Assembly (NCBI RefSeq): GCF_001194135.2 | Contig: NC_068995.1 | Coordinates: forward strand, 10,924,383 to 10,988,382 | DNA from: Octopus bimaculoides | Taxonomy: Eukaryota | Direction of reading: 5' to 3' | DNA length: 64,000 nucleotides | Part shown: one piece after another, positions 37,338-49,690 of the stretch | Layout: the number at the start of each line of letters is the position of its first letter | How positions within the stretch are numbered: position 1 is the first letter of the stretch | Program-made: the position numbers and the translations under genes | The notes under the pieces: generated by a model | What the model was told of the DNA's origin: nothing | The model's database searches: none | The model's input: the letters and a program-made list of their open reading frames with translations, nothing else

Positions 37338-37939
37338 CCTTATGATGATGATGCTGATGATATATATATATACNNNNNNNNNNNNNNNNNNNNNNNNNNN
37401 NNNNNNNNNNNNNNNNNNNNNNNNNNNNNNNNNNNNNNNNNNNNNNNNNNNNNNNNNNNNNNNNNNNNNNNNNNNNNNNNNNNNNNNNNNNNNNNNNNNN
37501 NNNNNNNNNNNNNNNCTTCTTTCAGTTTCTGTCTACCAAATCCACTCACGAAGCTTTAATTGTCCCAGGGCTATATTAAAAGAAACTTTCCCAAGGTGCC
37601 ACACAATGGTACTGAACCTCGGAATTCATGGGTGAGAAGAAAACCTTTTACCAAACAACCATGACTGCATCAATATATATATATATGTATATATATCATT
37701 ACCATCATCGTTTAACATCCACTTTTCCATGATGGTTGTCTAAAATTCCATGAGTCAGTAAAAATAGACATTCTATATTAGTTAACATTATTACTATAAT
37801 TAATAGTAAATAATGTTATAATCTCATAACAACCAAACAGGCAATAGATTTTAGAACAGTTGAGAACCAACCCGGCAGATAATTCTTAACTACTGGTATG
37901 AAACTAATTGGTAATTTGGCTGTTATAGGACTATAATAT

Positions 37940-37981
<42 letters not shown>

Positions 37982-38224
37982 GTATGTGTGTGTGTATATA
38001 CAAATCACACACAGGCACACATGCATGCATGAACGTACTTATATGTATAAATATCTAATACATACATATACATATAAATGCACTGGCACCCACACACAGA
38101 TTTACAAGACAGAAGGAGAAATAGATATTCAAGTATATGCAGTATATAAGTACATGTGATACAAACAGCATTTTAAACGCATCATATATACATATCTGTA
38201 AGTATGTGCATGTGTGTGTATGTC

Positions 38225-38256
<32 letters not shown>

Positions 38257-38567
38257 TAAACACACTTCTGTAAATGTATAATCAATATTATAAGGCAATG
38301 TAAAGGTGATATCGTACAGAAGAAATGATGTATGACACACCATATAATGAGGATAATAGAAAATGTCATATCAAAGCAACTTTCAAATAGGTTAACTGTG
38401 AGCTTTTGTGTTGCAACAATTTGTATGTATATATATATACATATATATATATATATGCTATAATGTGTACATAATATGGAGACACTTGTTTTGCATATAA
38501 AAGCATCAGGATAAATATTTGTCCATATATATGTCTACATACATATACATATATACATATATATATA

Positions 38568-38655
<88 letters not shown>

Positions 38656-38942
38656 TACATAAGTGTGTGTATATGAAATATATGCGTGTGTGTTTGTGTG
38701 TGTCGAACACGACAGATTCCGTTTGATCTAATCTGAGGCATTGAGGCGTAATACCACAAAGTGCTCAATACATGAATTAACAATAAATTACGATATTTAG
38801 AACTGCGACATTAGTCCCCATGATAAATATGGAGTGATGTTAAGCAACTAAGAAAAAAAAAAAAAAATTTATTGCATGGAACATACGCATGAAAATACCA
38901 ATTTATAATATATATGTTCGTACATGTATGTAAATATGTGTC

Positions 38943-38973
<31 letters not shown>

Positions 38974-39319
38974 GTTGTTCATTTCTTTGTTCATTTTTAC
39001 AGCCGTTTTTCCGTAGAAGCATTGGTTACAAGTATCATCATTAGATTCTTTAATGTCTGCTTTTCTATGCTTGCATGTGTCAGACGGAATTTGCTGTGAT
39101 AAATTCGGTTTTTTTTTGTTTTTGTTTTTACAGCTGGGTGCTCTTCCTGTCTGTAACTCTCATCTGTTCCTAAGTAAGTAGATACTTTCCCTTTGGCTAG
39201 ACATGTTTGTACAGAAGACTGGAATCAAAGGACAACAGCGGCATGTTGGTGATACTTGTTTTACAACGATTACACAATATCACGACAAGGTGAAAAATGT
39301 ACACATAAATAGATACATT

Positions 39320-39394
<75 letters not shown>

Positions 39395-39909
39395 NNNNNN
39401 NNNNNNNNNNNNNNNNNNNNNNNNNNNNNNNNNNNNNNNNNNNNNNNNNNNNNNNNNNNNNNNNNNNNNNNNNNNNNNNNNNNNNNNNNNNNNNNNNNNN
39501 NNNNNNNNNNNNNNNNNNNNNNNNNNNNNNNNNNNNNNNNNNNNNNNNNNNNNNNNNNNNNNNNNNNNNNNNNNNNNNNNNNNNNNNNNNNNNNNNNNNN
39601 NNNNNNNNNNNNNNNNNNNNNNNNNNNNNNNNNNNNNNNNNNNNNNNNNNNNNNNNNNNNNNNNNNNNNNNNNNNNNNNNNNNNNNNNNNNNNNNNNNNN
39701 NNNNNNNNNNNNNNNNNNNNNNNNNNNNNNNNNNNNNNNNNNNNNNNNNNNNNNNNNNNTATATATATATAAATACACACACACATGCACATTAAATTAA
39801 TAATTATATATATATAGTTATTTTGAGGGAGAAAGTCAAAACAAGACATATATATATATATATATATATAAAACAATAATATTGGTTCTTTTCTCTAAAA
39901 CTATATATT

Positions 39910-39948
<39 letters not shown>

Positions 39949-40507
39949 GCATATATCCACAAACACACATGATGATTGTCGCATCTCATCAGACAACAAC
40001 CGTCTCACATTCATCCCGATTGTTCTGATTTTCTTTCATCCTTGAATGTGTATGAATATCCATCGAAACAGGACTTTATATCTAGAATACAAAACGGATC
40101 AAGAAATGAAACGAAAGCGAAACATTTGTACCACAATGGACAAAAGCTTGTACAAGACTTTTGCCATCTCTAGGTCATCATAGTAGGTTCCAGTGACAAC
40201 CATTGCAAAAATGACCAGTACTATATTAACGTGTTTTATGTCAGAATATCTTTCTCACAGAAGAGTTGCCGTCCCCATGGCTTTACCAAAAATAATAAGG
40301 GCCTCCTCTGGTCTTATGAAATCTTTATCCCAAAGGTAGAGCCCTGACAGGTGTTACTGTTTAGGGTCAGAACAGACCTGGGAGTCATGGTTATTAAGGA
40401 GTGACTCCATCCTCCCCACAACTACAGAATTGCCAAGCTAGAACCTCATTACCAGATGCAGTTTAATGTGCCACCCAGAACAATGTATATCTGTCCTGGT
40501 TATATAG

Positions 40508-40700
40508 ATAAATCTGGACAGGTTTCTATCTGCGACACCAGATGAACCTACATTGCAGCAGGAGACGCAAAGAAAAGCAGTTCCGTCCAACTCGCTACTT
40601 CACCAAAAACAATATCAGAAACAACACTGAGTGACTACAGGTGGTGCACCAGCATGACCTCAGCCCTGGGCTGAAACCAGTAAAAGATAAAAGATAATGA
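40508..40700 (+). pseudogene. LINE (CR1/L2-clade-like) 3' end: ORF2 C-terminus plus 3' UTR and tail
   Basis: INLDRFLSATPDEPTLQQETQRKAVPSNSLLHQKQYQKQH*, resembling the recalled LD.FL..IPDEP...SNSL..Q motif; (AAAGAT)-like tail. Confidence 0.7.
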
Positions 40701-40705
40701 AAGAT

Positions 40706-41061
40706 ATCATCATCATCATCATCATCGTCGTCATTTAACGTCCGCTTTCCATGCTAGCATGGGTTGGACGATTTGACTGAGGACTGGTGAAACCAGATGG
40801 CTACACCAGGCTCCAATCTGATTTGGCAGAGTTTCTACAGCTGGATGCCTTTCCTAACGCCAACCACTCCGAGAGTGTAGTGGGTGCTTTTATGTGCCAC
40901 CAGCACGAGGGCCAGTCACATGGTACTGGCAATGGCCATGCTCAAAATGGAAATTTTTTTATGTGCCACCTGCACAGGAGCCAGTCCAGCGGCATTGGCA
41001 ACGACCTCGCTCGAATGATTTTCTAACGTGTTGACGGCACAAGTGCCAGTAAGTCGACACT
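40706..41061 (-). mobile_element. Family D retroposon, truncated by a gap
   Basis: High identity to the other family D copies. Confidence 0.9.
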
Positions 41062-41194
41062 NNNNNNNNNNNNNNNNNNNNNNNNNNNNNNNNNNNNNNN
41101 NNNNNNNNNNNNNNNNNNNNNNNNNNNNNNNNNNNNNNNNNNNNNNNNNNNNNNNNNNNNTATATATATATATATATATATATATCATTAACTA

Positions 41195-41403
41195 TGAGGG
41201 AATACTGAAAAGTTCCTGGATTTGAGTAAAAGAAAGGATCAGTTAATAATGATTTTATCCAACATATTCCCCTCTCAGATCCATACACTAATTGCAGCGA
41301 TCCTTCAGTTTTTCAAAGCCCTGTAAAAGAACAGAAAAGGTTGGGTCTTCAGCCAGGCCTTTCCTGATACCCTTAGAGCCAGGGACTTTTCAGCACTCCT
41401 TCA
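41195..41403 (-). mobile_element. Mariner-derived MITE, copy of the 35607-35821 family
   Basis: Same TIRs; interior reverse-complementary. Confidence 0.85.
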
Positions 41404-41844
41404 TAGAACAAATATCACAACACATTCTATTTGACACCTTAACAATTTAACTGAAACAAACCCCACCACCGCTATCACCATCACTGTCATTATAACACTT
41501 TATGTAGAATGAAGTGAAGAACACCATATTTAACTTTCCCAGAAATAATTTTTGAAACTTCTGTAAAATGCAATTCAAGAATATCACAGATTTAGCTTAA
41601 CCCCAACCGTGTGGGAATCAAATATAATCAGTTCAAGTGCATGTGCACTTGAAAGACACAGGAACTGAGTTTGGCCTTTTTGCTGTGGAAAACGGTTTTA
41701 TATTACAAATCTATCAGTTGTTGAGGAATGTCATGTTTGAAACAATTTTTTTTTTTTTGTGTTGAGACTTGTCAAGTTTATTGAGGCAATGTGACTTGCA
41801 TACAATACCAATTCTATTTTATGGTAGATATTTAACATCATTAA

Positions 41845-42269
41845 AGCTCTGGTATTTAGCAACTGACTTGAGGAGACATCCAGAAAATTATCCACCATCT
41901 TTCCAACAACAACTTCGGATATCCTTTTGAATTCTGTATGTCTAACACTTGTGGATATACTTACAAAAATCAAAAAACAACATAGCATCCATGACTTTCG
42001 CACACAAACTTTGTCACGCTCAGAATTGCTGAAGCATGGAATAAATTACCTGCATCAGTTGTTAGCTGTCAGGACACTACATGCTTCAAAACTTCCACAC
42101 TTCCTGAAATTCATCAACAGAACACCTGATGTCTACTCCCACAATTTTTTTTAAATGACTCATTCATGGTTCACTTCCTGTGCATTTTCTATGTACTGTT
42201 CATGCTCTACTATTTTTGACTACTTTTTTCTGATAAGCCGTAGTACACCTGAGCACTGTAAATGATAAG

Positions 42270-42312
<43 letters not shown>
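41845..42312 (+). pseudogene. CR1-like LINE 3' end with (TTA)n tail
   Basis: Frameshifted SNTCGYTYK...HDFR..LRIAEAWNKLPASVVSCQDTTCFK resembles the CR1 RGH.YKL...R..FFS.RV...WN.LP..VV...FK motif. Confidence 0.75.
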
Positions 42313-42316
<4 letters not shown>

Positions 42317-42392
42317 TGCCTTAGTGAAGGCGGAGGTATTGTTTTCAGCTATGTTTGTTTGTCTGTTGAGAAGATATCTCAAAAACCACTAT
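42311..42392 (+). mobile_element. Fragment resembling a Helentron-associated (HINE-type) element end
   Basis: Hairpin ctctgcctt-agtg-aaggcggag followed by tattgttttcag..gtttgtttgtctg..aagatatctcaaaaacc; longer relative at 60041-60255. Confidence 0.45.
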
Positions 42393-42403
42393 AGTAAAAA
42401 GGA

Positions 42404-42639
42404 TTATTATTTCTTTATTGCCCACAAGGGGCTAAACATAGAGGGGTCAAACAAGGACAGACAAAGGGATTAAGTCGATTACATCGACCCTAGTGCGTAA
42501 CTGGTACTTAATTCATTGACCCCGAAAGGATGAAAGACAAAGTCAACCTCGGCGGAATTTGAACTCAGAACGTAACAGCAGACGAAATACTGCTAAGCAT
42601 TTCGCCCACGTGCTAATGATTCTGCCAGCTCGCTGCCTT
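42404..42639 (-). mobile_element. Family B SINE, full length
   Basis: Closely matches 15138-15350. Confidence 0.9.
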
Positions 42640-42879
42640 CGTAAAAAGGATCATTATTATTATAATCACTGGGGTGTTCATGAAATTTAATTTTGCAGTT
42701 AAAGATTTAACTCAATTTTGACAGTGGGTACTTTCCAAAATTCTCCACATTTCACATGACGTAGTTATTATTTGTGTACGTAACTTGCAAGTATAAATTT
42801 TAGCAAGTTTCAGCAAATTTATTCAGCATCTGCACGTTAACACACAAAAAAATTTAATCAGTGCAGTGAAGGTTAACAA

Positions 42880-44885
42880 AAATGAAACAACAACCAAAAA
42901 AAAGAAAAAAACAAAACAAAACTGCACATTCAATTAGTACAAATGCATTTACAAAATTTCTCAATTGCACCTTGAAAATAGTGCAAATGCACTTCAGAAA
43001 CCATATAACTGCATGTCTAAAATGCCATAATTGCATTTCTAAATTTTCACCACTCAACTGCACTTTTCAATTAGAGCTGACTGCACTTTCAGGACAGCAT
43101 AACAGCACTTTTAAAATAGCATCATTGTATTTTCAAAAATAACACAATTGCATTTTTGGAATTCTTCAACTGGACTTCGAAAATAATACGAATGCATCTG
43201 CAAAAGGATGAAGATTGAAATTTTCTTTTGGTATTTTGTAAATTAACGTGCTGCCTTCAAATTATGGTTCGTCTGTTGGCTGGATTGGTAGGTTAAGTGA
43301 AGAAATAACCACGGCGTAGATGTTTCATATCCTATTAATAACATTGTATTGTGTCTGTGACTAAGGTTTTTAGCCTGCAATAGTTAAATGCCAAAAGCAA
43401 GAAAGCAGCGGTTCTCAAAGACTTTTCACCTATGGACATCCTTTCCCCTCTTCTCTGTTAGGCAGCACAAGTTCTTACACACACATGTACACACACGATG
43501 GAAACTTCTGCCTACCAAATTCAAGGATTTTCGGTTGCTGTATTCATGTAACTCTGTAGAAATGTCCACCATTGGAACACTATGGACCTGATTCGTTTAC
43601 ACAGATTTTAAGAGAGAACATAGAATGGTGAAGGCATTGAATAAATGTGCAACTGCAAGTTTCAAAATAGTATAACTGAACAACTGCACTTTTGAAAGAA
43701 TAGGACTGCATTATGATTGCATTTATAAAATACCACACTCGCACTTTCAAAATAACAAACATATTGCAGCGGAACTTACAAAAAAAAAGTTGCATGAATG
43801 TAGTACAACATGTGACAAATGCACCACCAAAATGATATTACTGGCAAAATAATAGAACAACACTTTCAGTGCAGCACAGATGCACTTTCAATGTAGCATA
43901 ATGCATTTCTAAGTTGGTTTAGCACTTTCTCTGTATTACAACAACTGTACTGCTATTAAAGTGCACGATTCACTGCCAAAAAAATAATTGTAATTCTATA
44001 ATGTACAACTGGCTTGCCACATTAGCACAAATGCATTTTCAAATTAGCACTCTGCATTTAGTATGTGGTTCAGCAGCATTTATACAACTGCAAGTAAAAA
44101 ATGGCATTAATGCATTTGTGTTACATACAACTGCATTGCTATTGAAGTAAAATAGCAATTAAAAAAAATATATAACTAGACAGCCAGAACTGCACAAAAG
44201 CAATTCAAAAACACCACAACTACATTTCCATAATAACACAACTGCACTTCTTAATGTTGCACAAACTGCACTTCCAACAGAACACAACAATATTTCCAAA
44301 TGATACAACTGCACTTCTGGTGTACTATAACTGCAATATCAAAATAATAGAACTGCACTCCCAAAATAAATATAACTGCACTTTTGATGCATCAAAAATG
44401 CACTTTTAAGGTATGACTACATTCTTAAGCAAGTACAACTTCACATGCAGCATACTATAGCACCACTTCTAATGTAACATTACTGCACATTTTTAACACA
44501 ACACGACCACATTCTAAAACATACAGCTGCATTTACACAGTCATTCATAAAACTGCAATTTCAAAATAGAACAACTGCATTTTTTGGTGTAGTACAACAG
44601 TAGTTTCAAAATGATACTACTGCACTTTCAAAATAGGACAAGTGCACTTCTAAAAATAGCATACACTAATTTCAAGATGGTAGAGCTGCACTTCCAAATA
44701 ACACGATTACAAGTCCACTCTCGTACATCTATACTTTCACTTTTTTGAAACTGCACTTTCATTTTGTGTAACTGCACTTCTGCTCTTGTGCAATTGCACA
44801 CCCACTCTAGTGCAACTGCACTTCTCTTGTACAGATGTATTCTCACTCTTATACAACTGCACTTCCATTTTTCTGCTCCAGTACT
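42880..44885 (+). repeat. Degenerate ~22-bp-period array built on CAACTGCACTT
   Basis: More than 25 recognisable aactgca(c/t)tt motifs, 22-bp spacing at 44308-44374; interrupted around 43200-43640. Confidence 0.85.
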
Positions 44886-45263
44886 ACTGCCCTTTCAAGA
44901 AGATCTAGCTACAAGAAATGTCTTTTGTTACTGTTTTCCTAATGTTTGTTCCTCACAGAGGGAATGGCCTCTCCCAAAGTGTCCAGGACTACAAGAAACT
45001 AACCAAGTGGGCAATGGGGCACATCACATCTATAGAATTACATAGTACCTGTGACCAAGATGCTTACATCGTAGTAGCTTAATGAAACTAGTTATAAATG
45101 GAATGGTTTACAATCTTTATACAACATTAAATATGTTGACACTAACTTAACTGTTGCTTTTTCATGCAGATGGCTTCTTTGAAGTGTTTAATTTCCAAAT
45201 TATTATATTTTTCCTATATTACCAAATGTACAATCTTGTACCAAAAGATTCTTGTTTCTGTCC

Positions 45264-45453
45264 TTTCAAAATGTAATCACATGTGGATCGCTGGTTTTTT
45301 TTCCTCTTGGTCTTTTCTCCGTCTCCTGTTTCTGACGAAGAGCTTTGCTCGAAATGTAAAACTACCTTTCTTTCCTTCCCTGAGCATCTGCTAAAACTTT
45401 GCATGTACCACATCCTCACATTGTTGTGTTTTTCTTGTGTTTGTTCTTCATTT
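45264..45453 (+). mobile_element. HHR-bearing short repeat (homologue of 1845-2043)
   Basis: End-to-end similarity to the reverse complement of 1845-2043. Confidence 0.7.
45328..45362 (+). ncRNA. Minimal type I HHR motif
   Basis: gttt-CTGACGA-a-gagc-ttt-gctc-GAAA-tg-TA-aaac; stem III probably CpG-decayed from GAAACGTA. Confidence 0.7.
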
Positions 45454-45529
45454 GAGGGGGGGGGTAACTATAATATATATACATATATGACAGTCGTCAG
45501 TTGTGGAACAGTTGTCTCCACTACTACAT

Positions 45530-45567
45530 AGACCTGATGATTGCATAATGCATGAAAGTACTAGTTT
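45530..45567 (+). ncRNA. Minimal type I HHR motif (unrelated repeat)
   Basis: agac-CTGATGA-ttgcataatgcat-GAAA-gtac-TA-gttt; palindromic AGTACT stem III. Confidence 0.6.
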
Positions 45568-45741
45568 TATCATAATAAATATATGATATTCTATTATTAT
45601 AATATTGTAAAATTGTAAAAATTGTAAATAATAAAATGTGAAAATCAGACCAGATTGGAATTTAATTAGTTAATATATTCTTCTATACACAATCATATAA
45701 ATTTGGATACATATGTGTATATATATATATATATATATATT

Positions 45742-45881
45742 TGGCGTTAGGAAGGGCATCCAGCTATAGAAACTCTGCCAGATCAGACTGGAGCCTGGTG
45801 CAGCCTTCTGGCTTGCCTGTCCTCAGTCAAATCGTCCAACCCATGCTAGCATGGAAAGTGGACTTTAAACGATGATGATGA
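45742..45881 (+). mobile_element. Family D 3' fragment
   Basis: ttggcgttaggaagggcatccag...atgctagcatggaaagtggac + (GAT)n. Confidence 0.9.
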
Positions 45882-45934
45882 TATATATGTGTGTGTGTGT
45901 GTATGAATATATGTATGTATCTGCATGTGAATGT

Positions 45935-46165
45935 GTATATGTTTCTCTTGCCTTGACGTGACATCACATGACTGTTGTATGTGAATGTCATCTATTTCCA
46001 ATATTGTACGGAAAAGACGTCTGGCCATGGGGAAGTGTAACCTTGCTTGGGAACAAGCAAGGGTTAGTGACAGGAAGGGCATCCAGCTGTAGAAAAATCT
46101 ACCTCAATAAATTCCGTCCAACCCATGCAAGCATAGAAAAGTCGATATCAAAAATTGATGATGCG
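45935..46165 (+). mobile_element. Family G retroposon
   Basis: Aligns with 4030-4200 and 9440-9630. Confidence 0.8.
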
Positions 46166-46177
46166 TTTATCTGACTG

Positions 46178-46320
46178 AAAGTGCAGTTGCACTGGAGTGT
46201 AAGTGCAACTGTGCAATAGTGGAAGTGCAGCTGCACTAGAGTAGAAATGTAGTTGTTGTAAAAAGAGTGGAAGTAGTGTCATGCTGTTTGGAGGAGCAGA
46301 GTTAAAAATGGTAAGGTGTG
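46178..46320 (-). repeat. Inverted copy of the 22-bp CAACTGCACT array
   Basis: Reverse complement gives units such as tacactccagtgcaactgcact, matching 44760-44880. Confidence 0.8.
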
Positions 46321-46399
46321 CATAAGAGGGATTTGGCTACTATTTCTAGCAGGTTGATTAACCAAAGAAGAAAGGAGTGATTCATTGACTCATCTCGCG

Positions 46400-46670
46400 A
46401 CTGATGATGATAATGATGACGTTGCTGTTGACGATGTTGACAATAATGATGATGATGTTCTTGATGATGCTGTTAGCAATGATGATGATGCAATTGATGA
46501 TAACGATGTTGACAATAATGATGATGATGAAGATGACGACGATGATGATGATAATGATGATGATGCTGTTAACGATGATGTTGATAAAGATGATGCAATT
46601 GATGATAAAGATGTTGATGCTGATGATGATGATGATTGTATTGATGATGATGGTGATGATGATGATGCTT
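46400..46670. repeat. Cryptic (GAT)n array
   Basis: GAT/GAC/GTT/AAT trinucleotide periodicity. Confidence 0.92.
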
Positions 46671-47479
46671 AACCTGGGGGTTGACTAATATTTCCTTACC
46701 TCAGCCCCTACCTATTACCTTACTTATCTGCAAATACTTGACATGTTAAACATGACACAACTAACTCACCTAGCAGAAAATAGGTTCTGCAAGGCACTTT
46801 CGTAAGCAGTGGTAGCATACAAAAACCGACGAGCGGTTCATTAGGTCGCAGTACAGAGTTCCAGAGTTCAAGTCCTCCCAACATCCAATCCTAGCGTACA
46901 TATTTGTCTCCTATCCAATTAACAACCAGAGAAACCGAATACAAGAACTTCCTCTATGGATCTCAGCTATTTGGAAAAAGAATTAGAAGAATGCATCAAG
47001 GTGGCAGTCTTAGAGGGATAAAATGGTGTTGGCATTAGCAGAAATGTGTGAAGACATTCAGAGGCATGAAGCAAGAGCAATATATAGGTGTGAAATTCTG
47101 TGTAATGGATGTTGCAACCGTGGAGATAGCAAGGAATGCTACGCCGGTTAATGGGTTAAAAACGGTAACTTATCACAGACTATGACGCTAGTCAAACTAT
47201 TTAATTTCTTACTTTTAAATACTGCTGTTGTTGTTTTAGCCCTAGGTCAGTCATGACCAAGCAGCCCTATGATCTCATATGCATTTCAGTTTGGACTAAC
47301 CTGTCTTTTCCTTTTCCTTTTCTTTTTTCACGGTATAAATATATCTAAGAGTATATCATCTCATGTGCTCTTCATTGCCATTAGGAACGTTGTTTTTTGG
47401 GGCTAAGCCAAAAATTTGCTCCAACTGTGACCATCTCATCTTGTTTTTTTTTTTGTTTTTTCATTTTTTTTAAAGACCT

Positions 47480-48488
47480 AGTCTATCTAAGACTACATCA
47501 TCAAAACAGTCCTTCATTTTTGAGAATGGCAGAGTAAAATTTTAGAAGAATTGGCTGTTGTTTTCAACAGATTCAAGCCCCATGATTTAAATGGTTTGGT
47601 ATTCTTTAGCACCAGGTCTGTCCTGTTAATGTATATATCAACAAAAGTAATCCATTAGTGACCATCCTGCCTTTTTCCTACGTGTAGGAAACCCAGGGCT
47701 GTATTATCCAAAGCAACTCTTTCAACAAAGATGAAGTCTGATTTGAAAGACACATGACTGCTATTTCTTGCAGGTTGAGTGCTCACATAGAAACTCTTTC
47801 TTCTGTTGGTGTTATTTAACCCTAAGATACTTCTGAGCAAATGGAATTATAATCAAAAGACAATACAATTGTGTCCATCCTGTTGTTTTTTCTTTACAAT
47901 CATAGAATATCAAGGACTACATCATCCAATGTGTCATTCATTTTTTATAAAGATGGCAGGATCTCATTTGAGAAAGATTTGGCTGCTATTTCTAACAGAT
48001 CAAATAACCACATAGAGGTTGCCTCAGTTGTTTCATAATAGCATTAGTTGTAACTGTTGTTATTATAGTAGTTGTTGTTGTAGCTTAGCCCCTAGTTAGT
48101 CCAGACTGAACACAACCTATGACTGAAGACATTCCAAATGTGATCATCCCATCTTTATATCCAAACACTGTATACCTAATGCTTGATGTGTGAATCAAAT
48201 GAGATTTAGCTGCTATTTCTAGCTGATAAATTTGACCATGTTGCAGTCTCCATTTTCCATTAATGACGATGATGATTTGGATGCTATCTCCTCTGTTTGG
48301 ACAGGTCCATTCCATACGCACATATCTGATTAAACAAAGCATTTAATCATAATTTTTAATCATAGCCATCTTGGATTTACTCTGACAATTATTGAACTCT
48401 GACCTAAAATTTGGTAATTTACAGCAGGAAGGTCACAGTGTCACTTCTGTTATAAAAGACAGACAAACATATAGATAGATAGATAGAC

Positions 48489-48536
<48 letters not shown>

Positions 48537-48700
48537 GTGGAACATTGAGGTAAGCCTTAAAATAGTTGTTAGACCTTGTAGAAATAACAGCTAAATGTCC
48601 CTTGGATCAAAGTAGGAGGGACATTGGATGATGTAATGCTGCATTTATACACACAGCATAATTGAACTATAGATTGGGATGGTCATAATTCTTGACAGAA
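47480..48700. mobile_element. Cluster of family F repeats (tagaaatagcagccaaatc...tgaccatcc type)
   Basis: Same motif in both orientations; also near 17050-17420, 30030-30830, 32330-32950, 53570-53770 and 63420-63510. Confidence 0.6.
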
Positions 48701-48946
48701 GTGTCACTGTATTTTTGGTCACAAGACTGGGTTTGAGCTTAGAACTCACAGAACTGGAATAGATATTGGTTTCATATTTTGGCACAAGGCCAGCAATATT
48801 TTGGGAGGGGAGATAAGTTGGTTGCATCGACCTCAGAGCTTAACTGGTGTTTGTTTTATCAATCCTACAAGGGGTGAAAGCGAAGTCAATCTTAGTGGAA
48901 TTTGAATACAGAAAGTAAAAATGGACGAAATGCTGCTGAGGTAGGT

Positions 48947-49106
48947 GGAGGCATGGCTGTGTGGTAAGAAGCTTGCTTCCCAACCACATGATTCTGGATT
49001 CAGTTCCACTGCATGGCACCTTGGGCAAATGTTTTCTACTATAGCCTTGGGCCGACCAAAGCCTTGTGAGTGGATTTGGTAGATGGAAACTGAAAGAAGC
49101 CCATCG

Positions 49107-49144
<38 letters not shown>

Positions 49145-49258
49145 ATTGTGTGTCTGTGTTTGTCCCCACAACATCGATTGTTTGTGTGCTTACATCCCTG
49201 TAACTTAGCAGTTTGGCAAAAGAGACTAATAGCGACTAGGCCTACAAAGAATAAGGGG
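48947..49258 (+). mobile_element. Family A SINE (3'-truncated)
   Basis: tRNA head, CORE-like segment, microsatellite cassette. Confidence 0.88.
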
Positions 49259-49440
49259 GAAAGTCAGTTACATCGAACCCCAGTACTTGACTTATTTATT
49301 TTATTGTCACCGAAAGGATGAAAGGCAAAGTTGACTTTGGAGTAATATGAACTTGGAGCATAAAGAGCTGAAAGAAATACTGCTAAGCATTTTGTTTGAT
49401 GCACCAGCATTAAGTGCACTACAACTGAATAGAATAAATT

Positions 49441-49690
49441 TAAAAGAGGGAACAGAAAACAGATATACGAGTAAAAGAGGAGACAGAAAACAGATATGCG
49501 AGTAAAAGAGGGGACCGAAAGCAGATATATGAGTAAAATAGGGGACAGAAAACAGATATATGAGTAAAAGAAGGGGAAGAAAACAGATATGAATAAAAGA
49601 GGGGACAGAAAACATATGAGTAAAAAGAGAGGACAGAAAACAGATATATGAGTAAAAGAGGGGACAAAAAACAGATATATGAGTAAAGGA
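49441..49690. repeat. ~31-bp minisatellite
   Basis: About 8 copies of gagtaaaagaggggacagaaaacagatatat. Confidence 0.92.

Noticed and set aside
42880-44885. Metal-response-element (TGCRCNC) cluster
   Set aside because: Most units read TGCACTT and fail the consensus; tandem-repeat origin is simpler
46385-46672. Asp-rich 95-aa ORF
   Set aside because: Cryptic trinucleotide repeat with a non-ATG start and no splice context
49441-49690. Possible CRISPR-like repeat array
   Set aside because: No unique spacers; simple tandem repeat in a eukaryotic context
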